In this document: piece by piece, positions 1 through 7,885 of the stretch
Layout of the letters: the number at the start of each line of letters is the position of its first letter
Position numbering within the stretch: position 1 is the first letter of the stretch
Origin: a virus
Lineage: Duplodnaviria > Caudoviricetes
Strand: one strand, 5' to 3'
Length of the DNA stretch: 34,606 nucleotides
Virus record (IMG/VR): IMGVR_UViG_3300023263_000006
Span: 1-34,606 of that record
The notes under the pieces: model-generated
Databases searched by the model: none
What the model was told of the DNA's origin: nothing
The model's input: only the letters and a program-made list of their open reading frames with translations
Made by a program: the position numbers and the translations under genes

Positions 1-128
1 TGACAAAAACAGTAACAGTGCCTAAACACATACCGATAGCACCCTTTTGGAATGAGACAGTTCAGTTTATGTGGGGCAAAGCTCCAGGTCCTCAATGGCC
101 TCGTCATTTCTATGGACCACGAGCATGA
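1..128 (+). CDS. Small Pro/Trp-rich peptide, 5' truncated (probably (M)TKTVTVPKHIPIAPFWNETVQFMWGKAPGPQWPRHFYGPRA)
   Basis: Manual translation; window begins with TG of a probable ATG; stop TGA 126-128 overlaps the next ATG (ATGA coupling). Confidence 0.5.
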   Translation, partial: TKTVTVPKHIPIAPFWNETVQFMWGKAPGPQWPRHFYGPRA

Positions 129-286
129 TGTGTGAAACAAGTTGCGCTATCTGGGTTGCGATTATATTGATGATGCCAGTTTGGCTTCCGCTTGTTTTAG
201 TGATAGGAATATTTGTTGTGCTTGTGCCTATAGTAGTTCCGATCGGTATCGTTATGTGTATATGGCAATATTACAAGGAAAGATAG
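125..286 (+). CDS. Small membrane protein with a long (~40 aa) hydrophobic segment
   Basis: ORF 71..286 restarted at coupled ATG 125; AIWVAIILMMPVWLPLVLVIGIFVVLVPIVVPIGIVMCIW. Confidence 0.6.
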   Translation: MMCETSCAIWVAIILMMPVWLPLVLVIGIFVVLVPIVVPIGIVMCIWQYYKER

Positions 287-292
287 TGAATT

Positions 293-424
293 ATGACTAA
301 AACTAACTATATCCCTCGACCTCCAAAGCCTTGGATACATGCCCGTCCCTATCCTTGGTGGCCACAACAAAAGCAAACTATGTACATAAGTTGCTCATTA
401 GTAATGAGATGCGGAGGAATTTAG
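293..424 (+). CDS. 43-aa Pro/Trp-rich peptide MTKTNYIPRPPKPWIHARPYPWWPQQ...
   Basis: Manual translation; AAGGAAAG upstream; fills the gap between neighbouring ORFs. Confidence 0.5.
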   Translation: MTKTNYIPRPPKPWIHARPYPWWPQQKQTMYISCSLVMRCGGI

Positions 425-429
425 ATGCT

Positions 430-525
430 ATGATAATGGCTACCCTTTCCTCGATTGGATTCTTTCTCTTTGCCGTGGCGTGTATATGGCTTTTATGGTA
501 TAACGCTAATAACAAGGAGTTGTAA
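430..525 (+). CDS. Single-TM micropeptide MIMATLSSIGFFLFAVACIWLLWYNANNKEL
   Basis: GGAGGA at 413-418; hydrophobic core. Confidence 0.55.
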   Translation: MIMATLSSIGFFLFAVACIWLLWYNANNKEL

Positions 526-529
526 ATCT

Positions 530-733
530 ATGGGACCTCTTAGCAGCTCAAGTGAGCAAGAAGATTTTCTCTTCAAAAGCGCAGAAGAAAACCCTTACTA
601 CAAAGACTTTGTAGCAAAGCTCATTGACCAAGAAGAGGAAGAAAGCTCCAGCATTTCTGAAGACCCTGATTTTGTTCCTTATTATCAGTTTTGGAATATG
701 CCTATACAGAAGTTAGAAGAAAAGGATAAATGA
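530..733 (+). CDS. Small acidic hypothetical protein
   Basis: AAGGAG RBS before ATG 530 (ORF 455..733 restarted). Confidence 0.6.
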   Translation: MGPLSSSSEQEDFLFKSAEENPYYKDFVAKLIDQEEEESSSISEDPDFVPYYQFWNMPIQKLEEKDK

Positions 734-748
734 CATAAGGAGGAGTAT

Positions 749-1057
749 ATGACACCTGTAGCACAAGTAGAAGGTCATAGCTCGGTAGAACTGAACGACA
801 GCTGTAATTGTACTGAATGCTGTCCACGAGTCTGTTGCTGGCCTCGCAAAGCCAAGAAGGTAGATCCTCGTAAGCCACACCGAACGAAAATGCAACCTCA
901 CCTAGAAAAGATAGTGCATGACGAGCTCAAAATGACTGATACAGGGATCAAAGTACATACAAGTTCAACGCCTGTACTCACCAAGTCAGGCCACTTCGAA
1001 GTAGATCTCAAGATCCCTCAAAAACATATGTATGAAAGTACGGAGGAAAATAAATGA
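749..1057 (+). CDS. Hypothetical protein with Cys cluster (SCNCTECCPRVCCWP)
   Basis: Strong AGGAGGAG RBS; stop overlaps next ATG. Confidence 0.75.
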   Translation: MTPVAQVEGHSSVELNDSCNCTECCPRVCCWPRKAKKVDPRKPHRTKMQPHLEKIVHDELKMTDTGIKVHTSSTPVLTKSGHFEVDLKIPQKHMYESTEENK

Positions 1058-1167
1058 ACTTTTTTGATTATGTAGGAGTAGTATTAGCGAGCTTCATGGG
1101 AAGCGTGCTATCGATCTTTTTTTGGATGTGGATGGAGAAAGAAGCCATTATGAAAGATAAGGAGTAA
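1054..1167 (+). CDS. 37-aa single-TM peptide MNFFDYVGVVLASFMGSVLSIFFWMWMEKE...
   Basis: GGAGG RBS, ATGA overlap; manual translation. Confidence 0.6.
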   Translation: MNFFDYVGVVLASFMGSVLSIFFWMWMEKEAIMKDKE

Positions 1168-1169
1168 TT

Positions 1170-1289
1170 ATGACTATCACAGTGACTGTCAAGATGACAC
1201 CCCCTCCTAATAGAGGATATGTGGGTTGGACATTTCCTAATCAATTTGGTGGACCTATGCGAATCCCTTACCCCAATAGGACTAACTGA
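1170..1289 (+). CDS. 39-aa Pro-rich peptide MTITVTVKMTPPPNRGYVGWTFPNQFGGPMRIPYPNRTN
   Basis: AAGGAG RBS; TGATG overlap with next ORF. Confidence 0.55.
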   Translation: MTITVTVKMTPPPNRGYVGWTFPNQFGGPMRIPYPNRTN

Positions 1290-1378
1290 TGGAACTAGTT
1301 ATAGGTTTTGGACTTGGCGCCCTTTCTTACTATGGCATGATCAAGTTTAAAGAATATTGGAATGGACTTACGCAATAA
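1289..1378 (+). CDS. 29-aa TM peptide MELVIGFGLGALSYYGMIKFKEYWNGLTQ
   Basis: AGGA RBS; coupled at both ends (TGATG, TAATG). Confidence 0.55.
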   Translation: MELVIGFGLGALSYYGMIKFKEYWNGLTQ

Positions 1379-1623
1379 TGGCAAAAAGGGAACGGCTTGA
1401 AGATCTTGGAAGACTACATGAGCTTCTCAAGGAATTAAAAGACAGAGAAATATTCGATTACACCGATTCCAAGCATGGATATGAGGAATGGGTGAAGTTT
1501 AATCATGATAAAGAAGAATATGGAGATCCTAAGGGTCTTTTTGGCATTTTTAGTGCGCTCCGAGGAATTTATTCTCAAATAGAAGAATGTTATTACATTA
1601 CTTGTGGGGATTATGAAGAATGA
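1378..1623 (+). CDS. Hypothetical protein
   Basis: ORF 1357..1623 restarted at coupled ATG 1378. Confidence 0.65.
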   Translation: MAKRERLEDLGRLHELLKELKDREIFDYTDSKHGYEEWVKFNHDKEEYGDPKGLFGIFSALRGIYSQIEECYYITCGDYEE

Positions 1624-1910
1624 ATACAAACTATGCCCAATATCAGTCCCTGGCAGAGCATCCAGATTATGCCAGGTCTCTTGTAGAGGCTTTTGACGCT
1701 CAATCGCAAACGCCTGAGGTTGCTGAATGCATGGAGCAGATAGTCACCGAAGTGATTACAGATAACGACAGCATCGAAGCTATAAGAGATAGGATATTTA
1801 AACCTGTAGTTGTGACATCAAAAGAAGTATGTACCGAACAAATTATTACTGAGCTTTTTACCGATCTAAAGACTCCAGCAAAAGGAAAGGAAAAAAGCGG
1901 TGAGAAATAA
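1620..1910 (+). CDS. Hypothetical protein
   Basis: 96-aa ORF, ATGA-coupled. Confidence 0.7.
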   Translation: MNTNYAQYQSLAEHPDYARSLVEAFDAQSQTPEVAECMEQIVTEVITDNDSIEAIRDRIFKPVVVTSKEVCTEQIITELFTDLKTPAKGKEKSGEK

Positions 1911-2151
1911 GTCTTTGTTAATTATTGGCATATGCGTAGGGCTGGCTTCTTGCGCCAAAAGAGAGTGCGTATTCCTCGAAGGGACTATCACGGCTATTTC
2001 GCCTAAGAAGCATCATGAAAAAGATGCAGGCACTGTATATGTACGCCATCCTAAAGATAAACATGATGACACAAACCCTGCTAGTAGGTATAAAAATCAA
2101 CGACAATATCCCCAAAGGGGCATGAAAGAGGACAGATCAAATGGATGCTAA
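1900..2151 (+). CDS. Predicted lipoprotein
   Basis: MRNKSLLIIGICVGLAS-C: basic N-terminus, hydrophobic core, lipobox LAS|C. Confidence 0.65.
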   Translation: MRNKSLLIIGICVGLASCAKRECVFLEGTITAISPKKHHEKDAGTVYVRHPKDKHDDTNPASRYKNQRQYPQRGMKEDRSNGC

Positions 2152-2284
2152 AATCAAAAAAGCAAAGCAACACATTGAGAAAGTAGAAAAGAAAGAATTC
2201 AAGGGCCTTCTTAAAGAAGACAAGAAGTTGGACATTCAGCGAGATAAACTCAAGAAGAAAGTCAAGATGAAGAAGGGATGCTAG
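2141..2284 (+). CDS. 47-aa very Lys-rich protein MDAKIKKAKQHIEKVEKKEFKGLLKEDKKLDIQRDKLKKKVKMKKGC
   Basis: Manual translation; GAGGA RBS; 18 Lys of 47 residues. Confidence 0.6.
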   Translation: MDAKIKKAKQHIEKVEKKEFKGLLKEDKKLDIQRDKLKKKVKMKKGC

Positions 2285-2505
2285 ATTGGATTTCAGTAAA
2301 TGATGATCTGCCAAAAGATTCATCACGTCTTTGGATAGCTTACAAGAATGATCAAGGTGATGTATGGTACACTTGTGGTATTTATACAGGCTATGGTACG
2401 CCATTTGGCAACTGGATAGATGAAGTCGGTAAACGCAAGGCGTTAAATCCTCCAAAGGCTACTGTAACGCACTGGATAAAGCTTCCCCATTTACCAGAGA
2501 CTTAA
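2278..2505 (+). CDS. DUF551-family phage protein
   Basis: N-terminal WISVNDDLP and C-terminal VTHWIKLP motifs. Confidence 0.8.
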   Translation: MLDWISVNDDLPKDSSRLWIAYKNDQGDVWYTCGIYTGYGTPFGNWIDEVGKRKALNPPKATVTHWIKLPHLPET

Positions 2506-2531
2506 CATTTGGATAGCTTACAAGACTGATC
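2330..2531. repeat. 24-nt direct repeat TTTGGATAGCTTACAAGA(A/C)TGATC at 2330-2353 and 2508-2531
   Basis: 23/24 identity read directly. Confidence 0.85.
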
Positions 2532-2583
2532 CCTATCAAAAAATTAACTGAAAAGCTTCAAAAAATTCCATAAATCGCCTACC

Positions 2584-2621
2584 TGATACAATGCGCCTAC
2601 CAAGAAAGCGGTTCTTGGTAG
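2584..2621 (+). promoter_or_regulatory. Extended -10 (TGATACAAT) followed by perfect 10-bp hairpin CTACCAAGAA-agcgg-TTCTTGGTAG
   Basis: TGnTACAAT 2584-2592; arms 2597-2606 and 2612-2621; upstream of the collagen-like gene. Confidence 0.55.
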
Positions 2622-2657
2622 TTAGTTTATAATACATAATAATTTAATAGGTGGTTT

Positions 2658-3326
2658 ATGTGTGATGAATATCATAAAATGAGATGCTGTTTACAAGGTC
2701 CGCAAGGCCCTGCAGGTCTACAAGGCCCTCAAGGTATACAGGGTGTTCCAGGTGCTCAAGGCATTCCTGGTCCCTCTGGTGCTCAAGGCCCTCAAGGCAT
2801 GCAAGGTGAACCTGGTAAAGATTGTGATTGCTCCGGTTCAAGCGCATTCTTACCATTTGCTAATCTATTCGCTTCTGTACCAGAAGTAATAGGTCCGTCA
2901 GGATCAGCAACAGACAAAGTTTTGTTTGATAAACAAAATGAAGTATCTGCTGGTGATTTTGATTTGACACAAGCAAATATATCAGGTGGTGTGCAATTTT
3001 TGAAACACGGCATCTACCGTATTTCTTGGCTTCTGCAAGCAAGAATAGTGCCCCCTGTTCCTGAACCAGTTCCTTCATGGAGCTTTGGTTTGTGGATGAA
3101 TGGTGTATTAGTTCCAGGCAGCATCTACTCAGGGTATACACAAGCCCCAGGTGATGATGCATGTCATAGTACAGGTGATGTGATTATAGAAGTTCAAGCG
3201 AACGATGTCTTAAAATTAAGAAATACTTCGGTGAGCGCTGTAAACCTTAATCCTGCTGTGACAGGTTCAATATTCCCGATTACAATAGCAAGTCTGAACA
3301 TAGTTTGTGTTCGTGCACTTGCCTAA
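2658..3326 (+). CDS. Collagen-like protein (14 Gly-X-Y triplets) with BclA/C1q-like C-terminal beta domain
   Basis: GPQGPAGLQ...GEPGKD flanked by CC and CDC; C-terminal GIYRISW...[11 protein letters not shown]...ASLNIV pattern typical of BclA-CTD/C1q folds. Confidence 0.85.
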   Translation: MCDEYHKMRCCLQGPQGPAGLQGPQGIQGVPGAQGIPGPSGAQGPQGMQGEPGKDCDCSGSSAFLPFANLFASVPEVIGPSGSATDKVLFDKQNEVSAGDFDLTQANISGGVQFLKHGIYRISWLLQARIVPPVPEPVPSWSFGLWMNGVLVPGSIYSGYTQAPGDDACHSTGDVIIEVQANDVLKLRNTSVSAVNLNPAVTGSIFPITIASLNIVCVRALA

Positions 3327-3335
3327 TCTTTAACA

Positions 3336-3362
3336 AAATGGGCTATGAAATATAGCCCGTTT
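3336..3362 (+). terminator. Probable intrinsic terminator after the collagen-like gene
   Basis: AAATGGGCTAT-gaaat-ATAGCCCGTTT stem-loop 10 nt after the stop. Confidence 0.6.
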
Positions 3363-3403
3363 ACATCTTCGTTAACATTATCGTACTACGTATTTCCATC
3401 CTA

Positions 3404-3412
3404 TGATACACT
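3404..3412 (+). promoter_or_regulatory. Extended -10 element (TGATACACT) upstream of the portal gene
   Basis: TGnTACACT about 22 nt before ATG; AGGTGA RBS. Confidence 0.45.
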
Positions 3413-3433
3413 GAAATTTTACATAGGTGAAGT

Positions 3434-5578
3434 ATGGCAAGCCCCATGTCAAATTATTCTGACGATGCGCGTCAATTCCTCAAAGAGTATAAATCAAAGT
3501 CAAAATCTCAATCCCTTGAAGATCATCAGGATATCATAAAAGAGTTCGGAGAGAACTATGAGAGGGCATATCAGCAGCTAAACACGTACTACGCTGAAGC
3601 CTACAGGGACTTGAGTTACAGTTTGGGTAATCAATGGTCACTTGAGGAAATTAGCTACCTCAATAACCAAAGGCGCTCGTCCTTCACCTACAATATGTGT
3701 AGAAGGCTTATTAACCTCATAGAAGGCGTTCAGAGGGATGGTAGGCTCGCTACAAAGGTCAGTGCAATAGAAGACTCATCAGAGCAAACTGCTGAGCTGA
3801 TGACGGATGTAATGCAATACATAATGACTTCAGGAATGGGCTATGAAAAGATTTCACAGGCGTTTCGTGATAGTTTGGTTACAGGTATATCGTGGATCTG
3901 TCCTTACCTGGACTATAGGGGAGACCCTGTCAATGGTGATGTTAAATTCAATGTCACGAACTGGAATGACAGCATCTGGGATCCTTTTTTCTTTGAAAAG
4001 GATATGTCGGATTGTTCGTTCTGGGCAAGACGAAAGTATTTGGACAGGTCTACAGTAATTTCGCTGTTGCCTGATCAGGAAGATCGCATCAATGCCCTTC
4101 CGTATGGAAATAGAGACGATAAATTCACTTACATGAGCTTCGCTCGAAACTGGGGTATGCAGAAACTGCTGAACTACACTGAGTACTGGAGACGTAAGTG
4201 GGAGGTAAGAGATGTTCTTGTCGACATGGAGTCTGGAGAGACTGCAGAGTGGAAAGGACCTAAAAACAGACTTGAATTCATTCAAGCTTTACATCCTAAT
4301 CTCAAAATTATTCGTAAGCCTGTTAGGACTGTTGAGCTGGGCATTATCGTAGAAGGTGAGTTATTGTATTATGGAAAAGATCCTTGGGGGCTTGATGATT
4401 ATCCTTGCGTGCCTATTTTTGGCGGTGACTATTCGCCTACTTATGATTTGTACACATGGAAGTTACAGGGCGTCGTCCGCTACATACGCGATCCTCAAAC
4501 TGAGCTCAATAAACGCATTTCTCGCCATGTTGATCTACTGGATTCTCAGCTTAATTCAGGGTGGATAGCAAAAACAGGCGCAGTAACCAATACATCTTCT
4601 CTCTTCAAGTCGGGCAATGGGCAGGTGGTGTTCATTCGCCCCGATGCGAATATGGAAGATGTACAACGTATTATGCCTCCAGATATCCCACAAGGGCAGA
4701 TGATGCTTACGGAGATGTTTAATGAAATCATACCAAATATACTGGGCATTAATCCCGAGATGCTTGGTATGCCGGAGAACGAAAAAGTCGAAACCGCGGC
4801 CATACTTGCTAAGATGCGCCAATCAGCAGGTCTTGTATCACTCCGGGGAGTGTTTGACAACCTTGCTGAAAGTCAGAAGATTCTTGGCCAAAAAGTTATG
4901 AAGATGATGCAGGCTAATTACTCTCCTGAGAAAGTTAACCTCATAACTAAGAAAGAAGTAACCCCAGAGTTCTACTCCAAATCTTTCTCAAGGTACGATG
5001 TAGTTGTAGAAGAAGGCTTACTAACCAATACTCAGAAGCAAACAGAATTCATGCAGCTCACAACGCTTAAGCAAATGGGCATGCCTATACCTGATAGTCT
5101 TATCATCCAGAAATCCAGCCTACACTGTCGTTCAGAGCTCAATGAGATTCTTGATGCACAAGCTAAACAGCAAGAAGAAACTATTGCGCGTCAGATGGCT
5201 ATGGAAGATCAACAGATGCAGGTGACAACTGAAGGAATCTTAAGCAAGTCGCAAAGTGACCAAGCCCTTGCAGCTGAGAGACTTAACAAAATACACCTTG
5301 ACGAGGCTATCTCAGCAGAGCGTATGCAACGTGCCGAAGAAGAATCAACAGCTCAGCTACTCAACATGGCTAAAGTACTTAAAGAACTTGAAGGCATTGA
5401 TTTAACTCATATTCAAGCTAAAATAGATATGCTTAGAGGTCTTCACGACATTGAGCAGGGTCATCACCAACGTGAGATGGATCATCATGATATGAATTTG
5501 CGTCAACGTGAACTTGATATGAATTTGCGTCAACAATCTATGACTCAGCAGGCGGATCAGATGGCACCTCAGGGATAA
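3434..5578 (+). CDS. Portal protein (P22-like, with long C-terminal helical barrel)
   Basis: 714 aa; GNQW...L...RRSSFTYN...LINLIEGVQR N-terminal motif, GVVRYIRDPQTELNKR, RYDVVVEEG; Gln-rich coiled-coil C-terminus. Confidence 0.9.
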   Translation: MASPMSNYSDDARQFLKEYKSKSKSQSLEDHQDIIKEFGENYERAYQQLNTYYAEAYRDLSYSLGNQWSLEEISYLNNQRRSSFTYNMCRRLINLIEGVQRDGRLATKVSAIEDSSEQTAELMTDVMQYIMTSGMGYEKISQAFRDSLVTGISWICPYLDYRGDPVNGDVKFNVTNWNDSIWDPFFFEKDMSDCSFWARRKYLDRSTVISLLPDQEDRINALPYGNRDDKFTYMSFARNWGMQKLLNYTEYWRRKWEVRDVLVDMESGETAEWKGPKNRLEFIQALHPNLKIIRKPVRTVELGIIVEGELLYYGKDPWGLDDYPCVPIFGGDYSPTYDLYTWKLQGVVRYIRDPQTELNKRISRHVDLLDSQLNSGWIAKTGAVTNTSSLFKSGNGQVVFIRPDANMEDVQRIMPPDIPQGQMMLTEMFNEIIPNILGINPEMLGMPENEKVETAAILAKMRQSAGLVSLRGVFDNLAESQKILGQKVMKMMQANYSPEKVNLITKKEVTPEFYSKSFSRYDVVVEEGLLTNTQKQTEFMQLTTLKQMGMPIPDSLIIQKSSLHCRSELNEILDAQAKQQEETIARQMAMEDQQMQVTTEGILSKSQSDQALAAERLNKIHLDEAISAERMQRAEEESTAQLLNMAKVLKELEGIDLTHIQAKIDMLRGLHDIEQGHHQREMDHHDMNLRQRELDMNLRQQSMTQQADQMAPQG
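5488..5534 (+). repeat. In-frame tandem duplication (27-nt period) in portal C-terminus
   Basis: TGATATGAATTTGCGTCAAC at 5488-5507 and 5515-5534, encoding DMNLRQ twice. Confidence 0.85.
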
Positions 5579-5720
5579 CTTTTGGTGGATCGAGAAGATT
5601 TTTCAATGCTTTGCCCAATGCTCTGCGAAATTGATTCATTTCACTATTTTCGCATTCCCCCCATTCATCAGGTGTAAATCCGCAGGAATCTGAGATAGGA
5701 ACGTTAATATTCTTTTTCAT
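5538..5720 (-). CDS. Hypothetical protein, last gene of the inverted cassette, overlapping the portal 3' end
   Basis: GGAGGA RBS; ATGA-coupled to the upstream DUF551 gene. Confidence 0.55.
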   Translation of the reverse strand: MKKNINVPISDSCGFTPDEWGECENSEMNQFRRALGKALKNLLDPPKVIPEVPSDPPAES

Positions 5721-5956
5721 ACATCCTCCGGAGGCTCAAGCAACTCCGCCCAGTGTGTAATTATATGCGGTTCACAAAAATTATCACTAGCATATTGCCA
5801 AACATCGCCTAATATTAAATAAGCAATATTGACTTTATTACTAGGATGAGCCCAACGCCATGCAATCGCTTTTACTGGTCCGTTAAATTGTGAAAACACC
5901 AAATATCTTCCATATTTTTCAGGTAATCTATCGCTACACTTTATCCATTCAGTCAT
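5717..5956 (-). CDS. DUF551-family protein
   Basis: MTEWIKCSDRLPE...ITHWAELLEPP. Confidence 0.85.
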   Translation of the reverse strand: MTEWIKCSDRLPEKYGRYLVFSQFNGPVKAIAWRWAHPSNKVNIAYLILGDVWQYASDNFCEPHIITHWAELLEPPEDV

Positions 5957-6234
5957 TATTCATCCTTTGGTATACCCCAATGTGTAACGTTATATAAAGG
6001 TAATTTCGCTTTAGAAGACCACCAATAAGAAGGCTCTTCATCAAAATAATGCATCATCTCTATTAACTTATCCTCACAATAGTAAGCTACTGTTTGATCA
6101 CCATTCTCAAGCTTCACCCTGTAAATGCCCTGTTTACTCTCAGGTAGACGATTTTCAATCGCTATCCATTCTTTGACATCTTTGTGATGATTCTCTCCGT
6201 AGAAAAGGTCGAGGACTTGGAAACGCTTAAACAT
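5956..6234 (-). CDS. DUF551-like protein
   Basis: EWIAIENRLPE...VTHWGIP; start probably ATG 6234. Confidence 0.75.
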   Translation of the reverse strand: MFKRFQVLDLFYGENHHKDVKEWIAIENRLPESKQGIYRVKLENGDQTVAYYCEDKLIEMMHYFDEEPSYWWSSKAKLPLYNVTHWGIPKDE

Positions 6235-6383
6235 CACCAATCTCCATATCTAATAAGCCAGTAAATCACATAGAACCATGAGCAAAGCCCATGTATGATG
6301 GCCCATGCAATACTTTGCCAGGAGCTAAATGAGCATATGGCTGCGATGATTGATCCAGGTAAAATAGATATTCGTATTTTCAT
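6234..6383 (-). CDS. 49-aa membrane protein MKIRISILPGSIIAAICSFSSWQSIAWAIIHGLCSWFYVIYWLIRYGDW
   Basis: Manual translation; GAGGA RBS; coupled at both ends; two short hydrophobic helices. Confidence 0.7.
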   Translation of the reverse strand: MKIRISILPGSIIAAICSFSSWQSIAWAIIHGLCSWFYVIYWLIRYGDW

Positions 6384-6577
6384 TCTTTCCTCTTAGGCAA
6401 CTCAGGCAAAGGCATCCAATGTGTCCAGCCTTCAAATCTAAGTAATCCAGCTTTACTATTATAAGTCGGATCATAATCTTTGGGATCAAGCCAACTAAGT
6501 TCGACGTGTCTTGGCCCTGCAAGCAGGTAATAGTCAGACTCTTCAGGCCATCTCGTCTTAAAACTTATCCATCTCAT
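6380..6577 (-). CDS. DUF551-family protein
   Basis: MRWISFKTRWPE...WTHWMPLPELP; restarted at coupled ATG 6577. Confidence 0.85.
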   Translation of the reverse strand: MRWISFKTRWPEESDYYLLAGPRHVELSWLDPKDYDPTYNSKAGLLRFEGWTHWMPLPELPKRKE

Positions 6578-6819
6578 GAATGGTACGCCATTCCCAGTAT
6601 ACCATCCTTTCCAAAGAAATCTTCCACGTAGGTGCATTCGTTGCTACAGCAGCCTTTAAGTAGGTGATCTTTCATCATTAAGATTACTTTACGTGCATTA
6701 TTTGGAGTACACTCCGAAAATATCACATAATCATAATCATCACGACATATGTCATGTTCTCCAAGCCATTCATAAATATCATCGTCATCTGGTAGAAAGA
6801 ATTCCAGTATCATATTCAC
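6574..6819 (-). CDS. Acidic hypothetical protein, first gene of the inverted cassette
   Basis: 81-aa ORF downstream of a leftward promoter. Confidence 0.7.
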   Translation of the reverse strand: MNMILEFFLPDDDDIYEWLGEHDICRDDYDYVIFSECTPNNARKVILMMKDHLLKGCCSNECTYVEDFFGKDGILGMAYHS

Positions 6820-6822
6820 CTA

Positions 6823-6868
6823 TGTGTAAGATTTCCCCATCTTACACTGAAGTTCCTATTTAGGTCAA
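6823..6868 (-). promoter_or_regulatory. Leftward sigma70-type promoter with an overlapping inverted repeat
   Basis: TTGACC (6868-6863), 18 nt, TAAGAT (6844-6839); perfect IR GTGTAAGAT-N6-ATCTTACAC 6824-6847. Confidence 0.65.
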
Positions 6869-6953
6869 TACCCATGTTTTGCTTTTTCTTGCCGTATAAT
6901 GTTATTTAGTATTAACTGAAAGAATAAGTAATCTACAAACTATGAGGTAAATT

Positions 6954-7040
6954 ATGCATTGTGCAACAGGATTTCCAAAGCCAGGGCAGCCTTCACAACC
7001 AAGCCAGAAACCGAAACCTGGCTCACCAAGAGGTAGATAA
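6954..7040 (+). CDS. 28-aa Pro/Lys-rich peptide MHCATGFPKPGQPSQPSQKPKPGSPRGR
   Basis: GAGGT RBS; TAATG overlap with the next gene; TATAAT at 6895-6900. Confidence 0.55.
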   Translation: MHCATGFPKPGQPSQPSQKPKPGSPRGR

Positions 7041-7366
7041 TGAGCTTTGATTTTTATACACAAGGATACTATCCAGAAGAATCCTATTCACGACAGCTTG
7101 ATTTACAAGTAGCTCGTGATGAGATGCCTTATGGCTATACTACCGAACCAGTACTTCGTGAATTTCATCCTTACAAAGCTCAAGAGAGCAATCTAAAGAT
7201 GCCTATGGGTAGTGGTTATGGCAATGACGTTGGTACAGCTATGCCGCCTGTTCCTGGCATGGATCAGCTTGAGATGGATCATCCTAGGGAGCATATGCGT
7301 AAAGAGCGTCAGCCTAAAGGTATGAAGCTCCATCCTGAGTTTCCTATACGTAATGGACATAGATAA
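7040..7366 (+). CDS. Hypothetical protein (head region)
   Basis: GAGGT RBS, coupled. Confidence 0.75.
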   Translation: MSFDFYTQGYYPEESYSRQLDLQVARDEMPYGYTTEPVLREFHPYKAQESNLKMPMGSGYGNDVGTAMPPVPGMDQLEMDHPREHMRKERQPKGMKLHPEFPIRNGHR

Positions 7367-7581
7367 TGGATGTAGTGACACCAGAGATGTTGTTATTGCA
7401 CAGAATATTTTATCCAAACAAATCAGGATATAGAATGAAGAATGCACTTCCAGGAAAGCTAAATGACCAAAAGCCCAAGCCTCGTCTTGGCAATGATCCA
7501 AATTTACACGGTAAACATTCCGTGGACAATGCTGGGGGGGCTAATCCTCCTCCGCGTAATCCTTCAAAAAAGAAGAGGTAA
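7366..7581 (+). CDS. Small basic hypothetical protein (start possibly 7435)
   Basis: ORF track; basic, Pro-rich C-terminus. Confidence 0.55.
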   Translation: MDVVTPEMLLLHRIFYPNKSGYRMKNALPGKLNDQKPKPRLGNDPNLHGKHSVDNAGGANPPPRNPSKKKR

Positions 7582-7583
7582 TT

Positions 7584-7883
7584 ATGAAAGGTGGAAAACT
7601 CCACGGTAGAGGAATGATGGGTTCAGCCGAAAGAGATTCGGGTAAGAAAGTCTATGCTGGACAGCCTTACGACAATGAAGTCGACGAACCTAAGCATCAA
7701 AAGATTGATCATCGCCATATTTCAGCTACTGCTGATCTTGGAATGATGACTACATGTGCTGATTTCAAGCGTGAAGCTTCAGATCAGTCATGGGGACAGG
7801 CTGGTATGGATGGTTGCAACAGCGACAATAAAAAGATCCATTCACAGTTCTTCCATGCATATTCAGATGATACTGGATTTTAA
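7584..7883 (+). CDS. Hypothetical protein (head region)
   Basis: GAGGT RBS. Confidence 0.75.
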   Translation: MKGGKLHGRGMMGSAERDSGKKVYAGQPYDNEVDEPKHQKIDHRHISATADLGMMTTCADFKREASDQSWGQAGMDGCNSDNKKIHSQFFHAYSDDTGF

Positions 7884-7885
7884 CA

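Noticed and set aside
3843-4860. Several alternative-frame and antisense ORFs within the portal gene
   Set aside because: Fully nested in a well-supported gene, with no recognisable motifs
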